Shown: positions 1-8,237 of the stretch, piece by piece | Position numbering within the stretch: the stretch's first letter is position 1 | How the letters are laid out: every line of letters begins with the position of its first letter | Source: Patescibacteria group bacterium | Lineage (GTDB): Bacteria > Patescibacteriota > Patescibacteriia > 2-01-FULL-39-33 | NCBI GenBank assembly: GCA_041662745.1 | Contig: JBAZRV010000001.1 | Coordinates: forward strand, 150,001 to 182,000 | Reading direction: 5' to 3' | DNA length: 32,000 nucleotides | Position numbers and translations under genes: made by a program | Notes under the pieces: generated by a model | Seen by the model: only the letters and a program-made list of their open reading frames with translations | Told to the model about the DNA's origin: nothing | Databases searched by the model: none

Positions 1-1996
1 GAACCCATTGCAAGTCGTCATCATTCTTCAGTTTGATGGCAATTAATCCGGAACGACGGACATTTTTGAAATCCTCAATCTTAGATTTCTTGATTGTCCC
101 GCGGTTAGTCACCATGACCAAAAACTTGTCATTTTCCACCTCGGTAGAGGGCAGAATGGCCGAGACTTTTTCATTGGGCGATAGTTGCAGGAAATTAACC
201 AAGGCTTGGCCCTTGGCCGTACGCGAGGATTGCGGCACGTCATAACCCTTAAGCTGGAAGACGCGTCCGCGATTAGTAAAAAACATCAGGTCGGCGTGCG
301 TTGAGGTTAAGAAGAAATGTTCTACGGAGTCTTCTTCTTTAGTGGTTAATCCGATTACTCCCTTGCCCCCTCGTCCTTGGGTTTTAAAGGTATCGGGCGG
401 CAGGCGTTTGATATAGCCGTCATTGGTAACCATAACGATCATTTCTTCATCTGGAATCAAATCCTCGGTTTTGAAGCTATCTACGCCATGGACGATAATT
501 TGAGTGCGCCTCGGCTCGCCGAATTTTTCTTTTAATTCTAAAATTTCCGTCTTGATCAAACCCAATATTCGGGCCGGTGATTTCAATAGCGTTTCCAATT
601 CTTTAATTAACTTCATTTTTTCTTTCAATTCCGTTTCAATCTTAATTTTCTCTAAATTGGCCAATTGTTGCAGCTTCATTTCCAAAATAGCTACAGCTTG
701 CCGTTCGCTTAGTTTGAATTTTTTAATCAAATTCAACTTGGCATCGTCTTTATCCTTGGATTTTTTAATGGCAGTGATGATTTCATCAATGTGCGCCAAA
801 GCCATAACCAAGCCCTCTAAGATATGGGCGCGATCTTTGGCTTTGTCCAGTTCAAATTGGGTGCGGCGGGTGATGACTTCTTGGCGATGCTTGAGATATT
901 CTTCCAAAACCATTTTTAAGTTCAATACTTTTGGTTGAATGCCATCCACTAAAGCTAAAACGTTGAAATGAAAGGTATCCTGCAATTGCGTGAATTTGAA
1001 CAATTGATTAAGGATTTTTTGCGGATAGGCGTCTTTTTTAATTTCAATCACAACGCGTACGCCGTCTTTATTGGATTCATCGCGCAAATCTTTAATGCCT
1101 TCAATTTTCTTATCCTTGACCAGCTCGGCAATTTTTTCCAATAAAGTAGCTTTATTGGTTTGATAGTTAACTTCGGTGATGATGATGCGGTAGAGTCCGG
1201 TCTTGGTTTCTTCTATGTCTGTTTTGGCACGGCAAACTACGCCTCCCTTGCCGGTTAAGTAGGCCTGTTTAATATCATTAACATTGTAGATAATCCCGCC
1301 GGTGGGAAAATCCGGCCCCTTGATGAATTTAACCAAATCCTCAACTTCGCAGTCCGGATTATCAATTAAGTGCACTACGCCGTCAACAACCTCGCCCAAG
1401 TTATGCGGAGGAATGTTGGTTGCCATACCGACAGCTATTCCTTGAGTGCCGTTGATCAGCAGATTGGGTAACTTGGCGGGCAAGACGCGCGGCTCTTTAT
1501 GGGCGCCGTCATAATTGGGTATGAAGTTGACCGTATTTTTATCAATATCAAACAGCATTTCCTCGGCAATGGGAGAAAGCTTGGCTTCGGTGTAACGCAT
1601 GGCGGCAGCGCTGTCGCCATCCATGGAGCCGAAGTTCCCTTGGCCTTTGACTAAAGGATGGCGCAAGGAGAAATCTTGAGCCATGCGCACCATAGTCTCA
1701 TAAATGGCCGAGTCGCCGTGCGGATGGTATTTGGCCATGACTTCGCCGACCACGTTGGCGGATTTGCGGAACTTTGCATTAGCGCGCAATCCAATGTCCC
1801 ACATAGCATATAAGACGCGGCGATGCACCGGCTTTAAGCCGTCACGGACATCGGGCAAGGCGCGCGAAACAATAACCGACATGGCGTAATCCAAATAGCT
1901 TTGCTGAACCTCCTCGCTGATCAGGCGATCGGTGATGGCATTTGGATTGGCGTTAAAATCAAGGTATTGTTGGCTGCGATCTTCTTTTTTGGACAT
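1..1996 (-). CDS. gyrA: DNA gyrase subunit A, first ~665 codons (gene continues past the left edge)
   Basis: Absent from the ORF track because no stop lies in the window. Reverse-complement reading from ATG at 1996 gives [15 protein letters not shown]...[26 protein letters not shown]...[52 protein letters not shown] (QRDR and active-site Tyr motif). The same frame is still open at positions 58-2 ([19 protein letters not shown], pinwheel-like). ParC cannot be fully excluded. Confidence 0.9.
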   Translation of the reverse strand, partial: MSKKEDRSQQYLDFNANPNAITDRLISEEVQQSYLDYAMSVIVSRALPDVRDGLKPVHRRVLYAMWDIGLRANAKFRKSANVVGEVMAKYHPHGDSAIYETMVRMAQDFSLRHPLVKGQGNFGSMDGDSAAAMRYTEAKLSPIAEEMLFDIDKNTVNFIPNYDGAHKEPRVLPAKLPNLLINGTQGIAVGMATNIPPHNLGEVVDGVVHLIDNPDCEVEDLVKFIKGPDFPTGGIIYNVNDIKQAYLTGKGGVVCRAKTDIEETKTGLYRIIITEVNYQTNKATLLEKIAELVKDKKIEGIKDLRDESNKDGVRVVIEIKKDAYPQKILNQLFKFTQLQDTFHFNVLALVDGIQPKVLNLKMVLEEYLKHRQEVITRRTQFELDKAKDRAHILEGLVMALAHIDEIITAIKKSKDKDDAKLNLIKKFKLSERQAVAILEMKLQQLANLEKIKIETELKEKMKLIKELETLLKSPARILGLIKTEILELKEKFGEPRRTQIIVHGVDSFKTEDLIPDEEMIVMVTNDGYIKRLPPDTFKTQGRGGKGVIGLTTKEEDSVEHFFLTSTHADLMFFTNRGRVFQLKGYDVPQSSRTAKGQALVNFLQLSPNEKVSAILPSTEVENDKFLVMVTNRGTIKKSKIEDFKNVRRSGLIAIKLKNDDDLQWV

Positions 1997-2022
1997 AAAC
2001 TAAAATTAATGACTGACAAAAT

Positions 2023-2835
2023 TTAAATTAATTCAATACTGCTTATGATTAAATTCACTATTTGATTGGAAACAGCATCTTCTCCCCGTCCAAGCACTTG
2101 GATTTCGTAAACTTTATCCGCTGTTTTTAGGTAAACGCGCCGATCGATTTCTCCCGTTACCGGAGTCGTGCGGGTATAGTATAAGACAGCGGTGCTGGTA
2201 GAATTAAGCGAGGTTTCATCAAGCGAATAATCTTTCAAATCAATTTTATTTCGGGAGAACCAAGAGAAAAGCGATTGTTTGCGATTGTCCGATTGCGCCG
2301 TAACAGTTATCAGCGTAAAAGATTCCGGAATAGTGCCAGTTAAATCGTAATCGGTTAAACGCAGAGTATTCTGGCTTTCATCCATTTGCCAATTCGGCGG
2401 TAAACGGAAAGTTAGGCCAAGAACAGCAGAGGTTCTTTCGGGCCATAATTCCGGTTCATTTTGCTTTATTTCTTTAATTACATTTTCTTTGATTGCCGCC
2501 AAGTCTTCCGGCGATATTAGGGGGGTGGTTGAAGCAATATTGCCGGATAAATCAAATTTTCCCAAAGCTGAATCAATTTCTTTTTTTATTTGTTCTAAGT
2601 TGAGATTTTTCGTTTCATTGGCGATGTTGCCGGATAAAGATAAGAACCAACAAACTATAACTACCGCCATTAGGGCGGTGATAATCAGCCAGATCAATAC
2701 GGCTTTTTTTTCCAAAGGCGGAGTATTGATATTGATATAACGCGGCTCCGTCGGTTTAGTTGTCGGTTTTGAGGTGCGTTTTTTACTGCCTCCCGATTGT
2801 TTCCGCCGCGGAGCGGAAGATTTTGTTTGACGCAT
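2023..2835 (-). CDS. hypothetical membrane-anchored protein (270 aa)
   Basis: Track ORF. Basic N-terminus (RRKQSGGSKKRTSKPTTKP), one TM helix (AVLIWLIITALMAVVIVCWFLSL), then a ~200-aa soluble domain. TAA stop. No family recognised. Confidence 0.7.
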   Translation of the reverse strand: MRQTKSSAPRRKQSGGSKKRTSKPTTKPTEPRYININTPPLEKKAVLIWLIITALMAVVIVCWFLSLSGNIANETKNLNLEQIKKEIDSALGKFDLSGNIASTTPLISPEDLAAIKENVIKEIKQNEPELWPERTSAVLGLTFRLPPNWQMDESQNTLRLTDYDLTGTIPESFTLITVTAQSDNRKQSLFSWFSRNKIDLKDYSLDETSLNSTSTAVLYYTRTTPVTGEIDRRVYLKTADKVYEIQVLGRGEDAVSNQIVNLIISSIELI

Positions 2836-2859
2836 GGGAAAAAGTTCAAATGGTTTTAA

Positions 2860-3498
2860 TTAGACCGTTAAGATGATTACTCTGGTATCTTCAGCAATCA
2901 AATCCTTTTTAGTAACCCGCAATTTTTCTTGAGTTTCTGATTTTAAACCGCAGTGCTTGAGATAATTTCCGGCATCGGCCAGCGCGGTTTTTTGTCCGTT
3001 GATTTTATAATGTATCGGAATAATTACTCTTGGCTCTAATTGCGAGGCGACTTCAATCGCTTTTTTGTCGTCTAAAACATCGTTGCCGCCCACCGGCAGA
3101 AATAAAATATCAATATTGCCCAGTTGGTCAATTTGCTCATCGGTTAAGGTTTTATCTAATCTGCCCAGATGGGCGATGGATATTTCTTCGGCGATAATTT
3201 TATAGATCGTGTTCTGAGTCTTTTCCTTGCCTGAAGAATTTAGGCCGGCCAGGCCGTAAATAAAGATGCCCTTAGTCTCATATTCGCCAGGGTGGACAAT
3301 GGCAAACGGTTCGCCGCGGATCGCCCCAAAGTTGGCATGTTCTTCGTGATTGCTGGATGCCGTAACGATGTCGGCTTGAAAGCGCGGCATTTTAAATGAT
3401 CCATCATCGGCGAATGGATCCAGAGCGATCACCAAGTCTTCGCCCTGGCCTTTGGTTTGGATTTTCACGGCCGATAAGCCTAACCATTGAATTATCAT
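2860..3498 (-). CDS. MBL-fold metal-dependent hydrolase-like protein (UPF0173/Lactamase_B_3-like, 212 aa)
   Basis: Layout matches the family: IQWLGLSAVKIQT...ALDPF N-terminus, degenerate His motif SSNHEEHAN, IAHLG, IDILFLPVGG, and PRVIIPIHY near the C-terminus. Confidence 0.7.
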   Translation of the reverse strand: MIIQWLGLSAVKIQTKGQGEDLVIALDPFADDGSFKMPRFQADIVTASSNHEEHANFGAIRGEPFAIVHPGEYETKGIFIYGLAGLNSSGKEKTQNTIYKIIAEEISIAHLGRLDKTLTDEQIDQLGNIDILFLPVGGNDVLDDKKAIEVASQLEPRVIIPIHYKINGQKTALADAGNYLKHCGLKSETQEKLRVTKKDLIAEDTRVIILTV

Positions 3499-3668
3499 AA
3501 TTTTTACTGTAAAATTGATTTGAGGTGTATCATCTCGTTAATAAATCTGTCTTAATTATACAGAATTTTGCTTCGTCAATCAAGTGATCCGGCCGTTCTA
3601 ATTTTATTGTTTAATCGGCGGAGAAGATGTTTAAGTTGTTTGTTTTTGTCTGGCCTTATTAAAATTAC

Positions 3669-3740
3669 GCCCTCGTAGTTCAATGGATAGAACAAGGGAC
3701 TCCTAAGCCCTAGATCCGGGTTCGATTCCCGGCGGGAGCA
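3669..3740 (+). tRNA. tRNA-Arg (anticodon CCU), no encoded CCA
   Basis: Hand-folded 72-nt cloverleaf: acceptor GCCCTCG/CGGGAGC (one C-A mismatch), D arm GTTC/GAAC, anticodon arm AGGGA-CTCCTAA-GCCCT, T arm CCGGG-TTCGATT-CCCGG, discriminator A. Confidence 0.85.
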
Positions 3741-3835
3741 AAAGTGCATCAAAAGTCTTCAAAAGGGTTACAGATCTTAACGAAGAAAAATTTTTAAAAT
3801 TACAATTGAAAAGTTGTAATTTTTTATTTATTTAA

Positions 3836-3855
3836 TGTCTAGACATGTCTAGACA
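3836..3855. repeat. tandem pair of the 10-bp perfect palindrome TGTCTAGACA (site 1 of 3)
   Basis: TGTCTAGACATGTCTAGACA read directly. Identical 20-mer at 4071-4090 and a variant at 3913-3932. Confidence 0.9.
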
Positions 3856-3912
3856 ATGAAGAAATTATTTGTTTAATTTTAGCAAAATTAGTTTTTATAA
3901 AAATAAAAGTAA

Positions 3913-3932
3913 TGTCCGGACATGTCTAGACA
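3913..3932. repeat. palindrome pair TGTCCGGACA+TGTCTAGACA (site 2 of 3), nested in a larger inverted repeat
   Basis: TGTCCGGACATGTCTAGACA. Flanking arms AAAGTAATGTC (3906-3916) and GACATTACTTT (3929-3939) are reverse complements. Confidence 0.85.
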
Positions 3933-4040
3933 TTACTTTTATTTTATTGCAGTTATTATTATTAAGTTTATAAATTTTTAATAATATAATTTTTTTGTTT
4001 AAATTTAGATAAAAACAGTATTAACAGTCTTGTGGAAATC

Positions 4041-4049
4041 TGTGGATAA
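4041..4049 (-). promoter_or_regulatory. perfect DnaA-box 9-mer (TTATCCACA on the minus strand) with degenerate neighbours
   Basis: Plus strand tgtggataa is the reverse complement of TTATCCACA. Adjacent tgtggaaat (4031-4039) has 2 mismatches, and tgtgggataa (4061-4070) is a poor match. A single perfect 9-mer could be chance. Confidence 0.35.
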
Positions 4050-4070
4050 CCTGTTGCTATGTGGGATAAA

Positions 4071-4090
4071 TGTCTAGACATGTCTAGACA
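4071..4090. repeat. tandem pair of TGTCTAGACA (site 3 of 3)
   Basis: TGTCTAGACATGTCTAGACA, identical to 3836-3855. Confidence 0.9.
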
Positions 4091-4111
4091 TTGCGGTTAA
4101 AGTTGATAATT

Positions 4112-4150
4112 ATTTAGCTAAATTTAACCAATTTAGCTAAATTTAGCTAA
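4112..4150. repeat. four ~10-bp tandem units ATTTAGCTAA / ATTTAACCAA / TTTAGCTAA / ATTTAGCTAA
   Basis: Read directly. The core TTAGCTAA is itself palindromic. The array lies 65-130 bp upstream of the 4216-4244 promoter. Confidence 0.85.
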
Positions 4151-4215
4151 ATAATTTTATATAGTTTTGATTATTTTTAATGTTTTAACGTGAAAAAATA
4201 TTATTTAAATCGGTA

Positions 4216-4244
4216 TTGAAAAACGACTTTAAATATGCTATGAT
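4216..4244 (+). promoter_or_regulatory. sigma70-like promoter for the lipoprotein gene
   Basis: TTGAAA (4216-4221), 17-nt spacer, TATGAT (4239-4244). Confidence 0.5.
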
Positions 4245-4347
4245 CAATTATCGGTAGCGCTGAAAGTATTAATTTGGATCAGAGTGGCACATTAACAGTT
4301 TAAACCTGGTGTCTGATTGGATGACCGAAACCAAAAGGAGTAAAGTG

Positions 4348-4887
4348 ATGAGTAAAGATAGTTTTTTGTTTCTTTTGGCTATTCTCCTCTCTTCTTTGTT
4401 GTTTGTTGGTTGTGTTACCAGAAATAATAGTACTATTAAGGCTGATAATAGCGTTACCAATACCAAAGTTTATTTTTATGTGGAGTCTGTTAAGCCAAGA
4501 GAAGCAATGCCAGATTTCTTGGAAGTGCATGTTACCAGGCTAAACAGGTTGGATGCCATAAAGAGGGCTGAGATTCACGAAAGGATAATGGATCATCTCT
4601 CGGTGATGTCCGAAAAACGAAGAAGTATAAGCCCTGGCGATTATAGTGAATTGTTAAGGTGGAAAAAAGAGTTTAATCACAGAAAAAGAGTGATGACCAG
4701 ACTTTATAAGAAGTTTTTTGCCATTACCGGTCCGGACGAAGTCATATATTTGTCTTCAAGTGAGGCATTATCGCTTTGTTCCGGAATGGTATTGAGGGGC
4801 GATTTCGTTAAGGAAGAGATCATAGATGATAGCGGAATAATCACGGTCAGCAGACATAACTTTTATCGCTGGACCATTATTTATTAG
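4348..4887 (+). CDS. putative lipoprotein (179 aa), no recognised family
   Basis: Track ORF 4309-4887 trimmed to the ATG at 4348, which follows AAAGGAG. The N-terminus MSKDSFLFLLAILLSSLLFVGC is a signal peptide with a lipobox Cys. Confidence 0.6.
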   Translation: MSKDSFLFLLAILLSSLLFVGCVTRNNSTIKADNSVTNTKVYFYVESVKPREAMPDFLEVHVTRLNRLDAIKRAEIHERIMDHLSVMSEKRRSISPGDYSELLRWKKEFNHRKRVMTRLYKKFFAITGPDEVIYLSSSEALSLCSGMVLRGDFVKEEIIDDSGIITVSRHNFYRWTIIY

Positions 4888-4909
4888 CTAATTCGTACCT
4901 TTATGCAAT

Positions 4910-4930
4910 CCCGGATTTAATCCGGGTTTT
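4910..4930 (+). terminator. rho-independent terminator
   Basis: CCCGGATTTAATCCGGG hairpin followed by TTTT. Confidence 0.7.
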
Positions 4931-4946
4931 ATGTTTATAAATAATA

Positions 4947-4974
4947 AACCCCCGAACATTATGTTTCGGGGGGG
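4947..4974 (-). terminator. rho-independent terminator for the 98-aa ORF
   Basis: Minus strand reads CCCCCGAAACA-TAAT-GTTCGGGGG followed by TTTATTATTT. Confidence 0.65.
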
Positions 4975-4983
4975 TGCGACATA

Positions 4984-5280
4984 CTACTCCGGCATGCTCC
5001 AGGCCATATCATCAGGATCATATTTGGCCAGGACCTTGCCGTATTTTTTTTCCAGCATTCTTTGTCTTGATCTTAAATAGTTGGTCCAATTTATAAAACC
5101 CCTGGGATGAACATCTAATTTGACAAAAAATACTTTCTTCATTCCATCTGCCCGTAGCTGTACTTCGGTAATTTTCGCCATCCCTCCAGTACACTCGGGG
5201 CTGGGATCAACATAAATAAACTGCCCTACTCTGGGGATTGCCGGGGTCATCTTTTTCTTCGGCGAAACCTTCTTTTTCAC
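4984..5280 (-). CDS. hypothetical protein (98 aa)
   Basis: Track ORF with a GTG start 7 nt after AAGGAG. It has its own promoter and terminator. Lys-rich N-terminus. No family recognised. Confidence 0.55.
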   Translation of the reverse strand: MKKKVSPKKKMTPAIPRVGQFIYVDPSPECTGGMAKITEVQLRADGMKKVFFVKLDVHPRGFINWTNYLRSRQRMLEKKYGKVLAKYDPDDMAWSMPE

Positions 5281-5347
5281 GATAATTCTCCTTGCCTGTT
5301 TTAGGCGGTTGATCTGTGTAAGTTAATCCATGCCAACTTGACTTATA

Positions 5348-5376
5348 ATCATATCATTGTAATTTCAATTTGTCAA
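5348..5376 (-). promoter_or_regulatory. sigma70-like promoter
   Basis: Minus strand TTGACA (5376-5371), 17-nt spacer, TATGAT (5353-5348). A second TTGACA lies 10 bp upstream. Confidence 0.55.
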
Positions 5377-5430
5377 CACAATTTGTCAATAGCCAATTTT
5401 ATTTTGAATAAATTAAATATTTTTAAAGTA

Positions 5431-5462
5431 TAATAAATTGGCTAAATTTAGCCAATTTATTA
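5431..5462. repeat. 32-bp perfect AT-rich palindrome
   Basis: TAATAAATTGGCTAAATTTAGCCAATTTATTA equals its own reverse complement. It contains TTGGCTAA/TTAGCCAA half-sites related to the 4112-4150 repeats. Confidence 0.9.
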
Positions 5463-5562
5463 GAGTAAAATTAAATCATCATAACTATTTAATTCAATCA
5501 TCAATAACCAATTTTTCCAATCAAAAACACCCGCCCTAAGGCGAGTGTTTTCTAAATTGCTT

Positions 5563-5636
5563 TGGTGGACCTACAGGGAGTCGAACCCTGACCTGTTCCA
5601 TGCCATGGAACCGTTCTACCGCTATACTATAGGCCC
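5563..5636 (-). tRNA. tRNA-Ala (anticodon GGC) with genomically encoded 3' CCA
   Basis: Minus strand GGGCCTATAGTATAGCGGTAGAACGGTTCCATGGCATGGAACAGGTCAGGGTTCGACTCCCTGTAGGTCCACCA. G3:U70 identity pair. Anticodon arm GTTCC-ATGGCAT-GGAAC. The D stem GTAT/GAAC is weak (one mismatch and one wobble). Confidence 0.8.
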
Positions 5637-5868
5637 TTATATGTTAATTTTTTGAGTGTTGTTTACGCTTTTTACCGATCCAATGTTGTTGTCATTACTC
5701 CGCTCGTCTTGAGGCTCGGTCGGAATGACAACGAGGAGTAAAAACTGCAGACAATACTCAGAATCATTACGCCTTATTTTGTAAATTATGGCTAATGCAG
5801 TGATCAAAACGATGTAATATATTATAAATCATTTTTTAGAAAGTTTCAAGCGGTAAAAGCGTTAATAA

Positions 5869-5907
5869 TAATTATAAACAAAATGTAAATAATTTTGTTT
5901 ATAATTA
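5869..5907. repeat. AT-rich inverted repeat (16-bp arms, 7-nt loop)
   Basis: TAATTATAAACAAAAT-GTAAATA-ATTTTGTTTATAATTA, read directly. Confidence 0.8.
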
Positions 5908-5916
5908 GCCAAATTT

Positions 5917-5939
5917 AAAACCCCGAAAATTACGGGGTT
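5917..5939 (-). terminator. rho-independent terminator for the ClpP-like gene
   Basis: Minus strand AACCCCG-TAATTTT-CGGGGTT followed by TTAAATTT. Confidence 0.6.
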
Positions 5940-5979
5940 GGTAAAGAACTATGCCTTAAATGTCAAACAGGAAAGTCAA

Positions 5980-6681
5980 TTAGCTAAAATCAGTCAACCT
6001 CGGCCAGTCAAAATCAAAAACCTCATCAGCAAAACCGAATTCCACGGCGTCTTCCGGCATTAAGAAAAAGTCTCCTTTTTCATCCATTTTTCTTTTCAGA
6101 AAACGGCGGATGCGATCCTCGCTCCATTTTAGGAATTTTTTCCCCTTTTTAGCCTTTTCAACATAGATATCCAACATTCTGCTGGTGCCGATTTTATCAA
6201 ATTCCACATTACTGGTGACTGTTTTAACTTCGCCACCGACATATAGTTGTCCATAATGGATCATAAAATAAGAGTCAGGCATCAGAACGCGCTTCTCAGC
6301 CGCCTGTATAATGATTGAAGACATGCTTCTGGCGTGGGTATAAGAAAGGATGGTTATGGGGAAAGGCATGGAACGTAAGACATTGTAGATAGCCATGCCT
6401 TCATGATAGTCTCCGCCGCAAGTATGCAGATGCACCAGGACTGGAGCAGTTTCAGAACGCAATCTTAGAAGATGTAGGTTTCTGATTACCCGGTTGGACA
6501 TCATATATTCAACACCCGGCTCTACGCCCGCATCTTCAGCTGTTAATAAATCAATATTGGTTCCACTGATCCAAAGCTGGCGATTTTGCAAATCAACTCC
6601 GAAATTATGCAGAGCGTCAAGGGCAAAAGCGTCGCCCATAGCGATACCGAATCTCTTGCGTCGTTGCACCGTATCATTCAT
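5980..6681 (-). CDS. ClpP-family (S14) serine peptidase-like protein, divergent (233 aa)
   Basis: PVLVHLHTCGGDYHEGMAIYNVL corresponds to ClpP INSPGG..aG.aIYD. HARSMSSIII corresponds to GxAASMG (Ser nucleophile). FMIHYG corresponds to MIHQP (His). The tail EDAVEFGFADEV corresponds to EA.eyGLiD.V. The N-terminal ~80 aa are atypical. Confidence 0.7.
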   Translation of the reverse strand: MNDTVQRRKRFGIAMGDAFALDALHNFGVDLQNRQLWISGTNIDLLTAEDAGVEPGVEYMMSNRVIRNLHLLRLRSETAPVLVHLHTCGGDYHEGMAIYNVLRSMPFPITILSYTHARSMSSIIIQAAEKRVLMPDSYFMIHYGQLYVGGEVKTVTSNVEFDKIGTSRMLDIYVEKAKKGKKFLKWSEDRIRRFLKRKMDEKGDFFLMPEDAVEFGFADEVFDFDWPRLTDFS

Positions 6682-6740
6682 AATTTTTCTCCCTTCCCTT
6701 GTTGTTGCGCAGTGTTTGTTATTGTAAAGTACCGATTATG

Positions 6741-6769
6741 ATCTTACCTGCTTCATATTCTAAAGTCAA
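6741..6769 (-). promoter_or_regulatory. sigma70-like promoter for the ClpP-like gene
   Basis: Minus strand TTGACT (6769-6764), 17-nt spacer, TAAGAT (6746-6741), placed directly after the guaB stop. Confidence 0.5.
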
Positions 6770-6775
6770 TAAAGA

Positions 6776-8191
6776 TTACAAAATCTCATTGTCATGACTG
6801 CCCGATTCTACTCGACTGGCCTCAGTGATGCGAATGAATTGGCAATCGCGCAAATCATCAATTTTTTTGGCATTGCCATAGCTCATGCCGGAGCGCAGAC
6901 CTCCCACATATTGATCAATGATGTTGGTTACCGAACCGCGATAGGGGACGCGCGCCTCAATGCCTTCAGGCGTGATTTGTTGGATTGATTCCTTGGCGTT
7001 GGGTCGGGATAGCGCCGCGGTCAGAGAGGCCATGCCGCGAGAGATTTTGTATTGCCGGCCCTGGTAAGTGATAACCGGTCCGGGCGCTTCGGCGGTGCCG
7101 GCGAATTGGCCGCCGATCATAACCGTGTCGGCGCCGGCAGCCAAGGCCTTGACCACATCGGCCGGCTGCTTGATGCCGCCATCGGCGATCAGCGGCACCT
7201 GGTGGCGCTGGCAAACCGAAGCGATATTAAAAATCGCTGATAATTGCGGTACGCCGAAACCGGTAGTGATGCGGGTGGTGCAGATGGAACCCGGACCGAT
7301 ACCGACTTTGACTGCATCCACGCCGGCATTAATCAAATCCAGCGCGCCTTGCGCCGTGGCGATATTGCCGCCGATCAACTCTACTTGCGGGAATTTTTCT
7401 TTTATTTTATAAATCGCGTTGAGCTCGTTAAGCGAATGGCCGTGGGCAATATCAATTACAATCACATCGGCTTCAGCCGCTATTAGCGCTTGAGCGCGTT
7501 CCATAAAGTCATCGCCGGCGCCTACGGCGGCTCCCACCAGCAATCGGCCCTTGGCATCCTTAGCGGTCTCATTGTTGCCGTAAATCAGAATATCTTTTTG
7601 CGTAATCAGTCCCTTAACCTTAAAGTCTGCATCCACCAGGGGCAGTTTTTCCACTTTATTCAGGCGGAAGACCTGGCGCGCCTGCTCCGGCGTGATGTCC
7701 GGACTGGCGACAATCAGCTTGGTTTTCGGCGTCATCATTGATTCAATCAATATACTGTCGTCGGTAATGAAATCAGTGTCGCGCCGGCTGACAATGCCGA
7801 CCAGATTGTTTTCTTTGTCCGTCACTAAGAACCCGTTGCAGTTCAATTCGGCGATTTTGTTCTTTAGTTCGCCCAAGGTCGCCCAAGGAGAAATGGTGAA
7901 AGGATGGTCAATAACTATATGCTGTTTTCGTTTAACTTTGATTACTTCCCTAACTTGAGTTTCTTGATCTAAAAAACGATGGATAACGCCGATACCGCCT
8001 TTAAGCGCCATAGCTATGGCCATTTGGCTTTCCGTAACCGTATCCATATTAGCCGAAATCAGCGGAATCCTGAGTGAGATGTTCCGCGTCAGCCGAGTGG
8101 AGGTATCCACGTCACGGCGAGAAACGATCTCCGACTTCTTGGGCAGAAGCAGGACATCGTCATAAGTTAAGGCTAGGGGTATGTTTAACAT
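6776..8191 (-). CDS. guaB: inosine-5'-monophosphate dehydrogenase (471 aa, with CBS pair)
   Basis: [23 protein letters not shown], a CBS-like insert, the catalytic loop [11 protein letters not shown], and [18 protein letters not shown]. All + strand track ORFs inside are antisense artefacts. Confidence 0.93.
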   Translation of the reverse strand: MLNIPLALTYDDVLLLPKKSEIVSRRDVDTSTRLTRNISLRIPLISANMDTVTESQMAIAMALKGGIGVIHRFLDQETQVREVIKVKRKQHIVIDHPFTISPWATLGELKNKIAELNCNGFLVTDKENNLVGIVSRRDTDFITDDSILIESMMTPKTKLIVASPDITPEQARQVFRLNKVEKLPLVDADFKVKGLITQKDILIYGNNETAKDAKGRLLVGAAVGAGDDFMERAQALIAAEADVIVIDIAHGHSLNELNAIYKIKEKFPQVELIGGNIATAQGALDLINAGVDAVKVGIGPGSICTTRITTGFGVPQLSAIFNIASVCQRHQVPLIADGGIKQPADVVKALAAGADTVMIGGQFAGTAEAPGPVITYQGRQYKISRGMASLTAALSRPNAKESIQQITPEGIEARVPYRGSVTNIIDQYVGGLRSGMSYGNAKKIDDLRDCQFIRITEASRVESGSHDNEIL

Positions 8192-8208
8192 AGGTTTTAA
8201 CCTTAGAT

Positions 8209-8237
8209 ATCTTACATAGTTTTTCTACTATTGACAA
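8209..8237 (-). promoter_or_regulatory. sigma70-like promoter for guaB
   Basis: Minus strand TTGTCA (8237-8232), 17-nt spacer, TAAGAT (8214-8209). Confidence 0.5.

Noticed and set aside
33-1889. Track ORFs 33-245, 504-938 and 1704-1889 on the + strand
   Set aside because: They lie antisense to a continuous, strongly GyrA-like reading frame on the minus strand (1996->1). Their sequences are low-complexity or Ser/Leu/Arg-rich and they have no RBS.
3836-4150. CRISPR array
   Set aside because: There are only three copies of a 20-bp fully palindromic unit at irregular spacing (57 and 138 bp), plus unrelated 10-bp tandem units. There is no regular repeat-spacer periodicity and no cas genes.
3741-6769. 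Calling the tRNA-Arg-to-guaB segment a prophage or integrative element
   Set aside because: I found no integrase, no structural or replication genes, and no duplication of the tRNA-Arg 3' end to mark an att site. Only the repeat density, orphan genes, an odd tRNA and a ClpP-like gene point that way, so it is reported as observations rather than as a mobile-element feature.
6494-7958. Many + strand and alternate-frame ORFs inside guaB and the ClpP-like gene (6494-6727, 6794-6988, 6966-7214, 7052-7240, 7068-7412, 7244-7486, 7490-7741, 7692-7958)
   Set aside because: They overlap confidently assigned genes on the opposite strand or in another frame. The Arg/Ala/Gly-rich translations are typical of antisense reading of a GC-richer gene.
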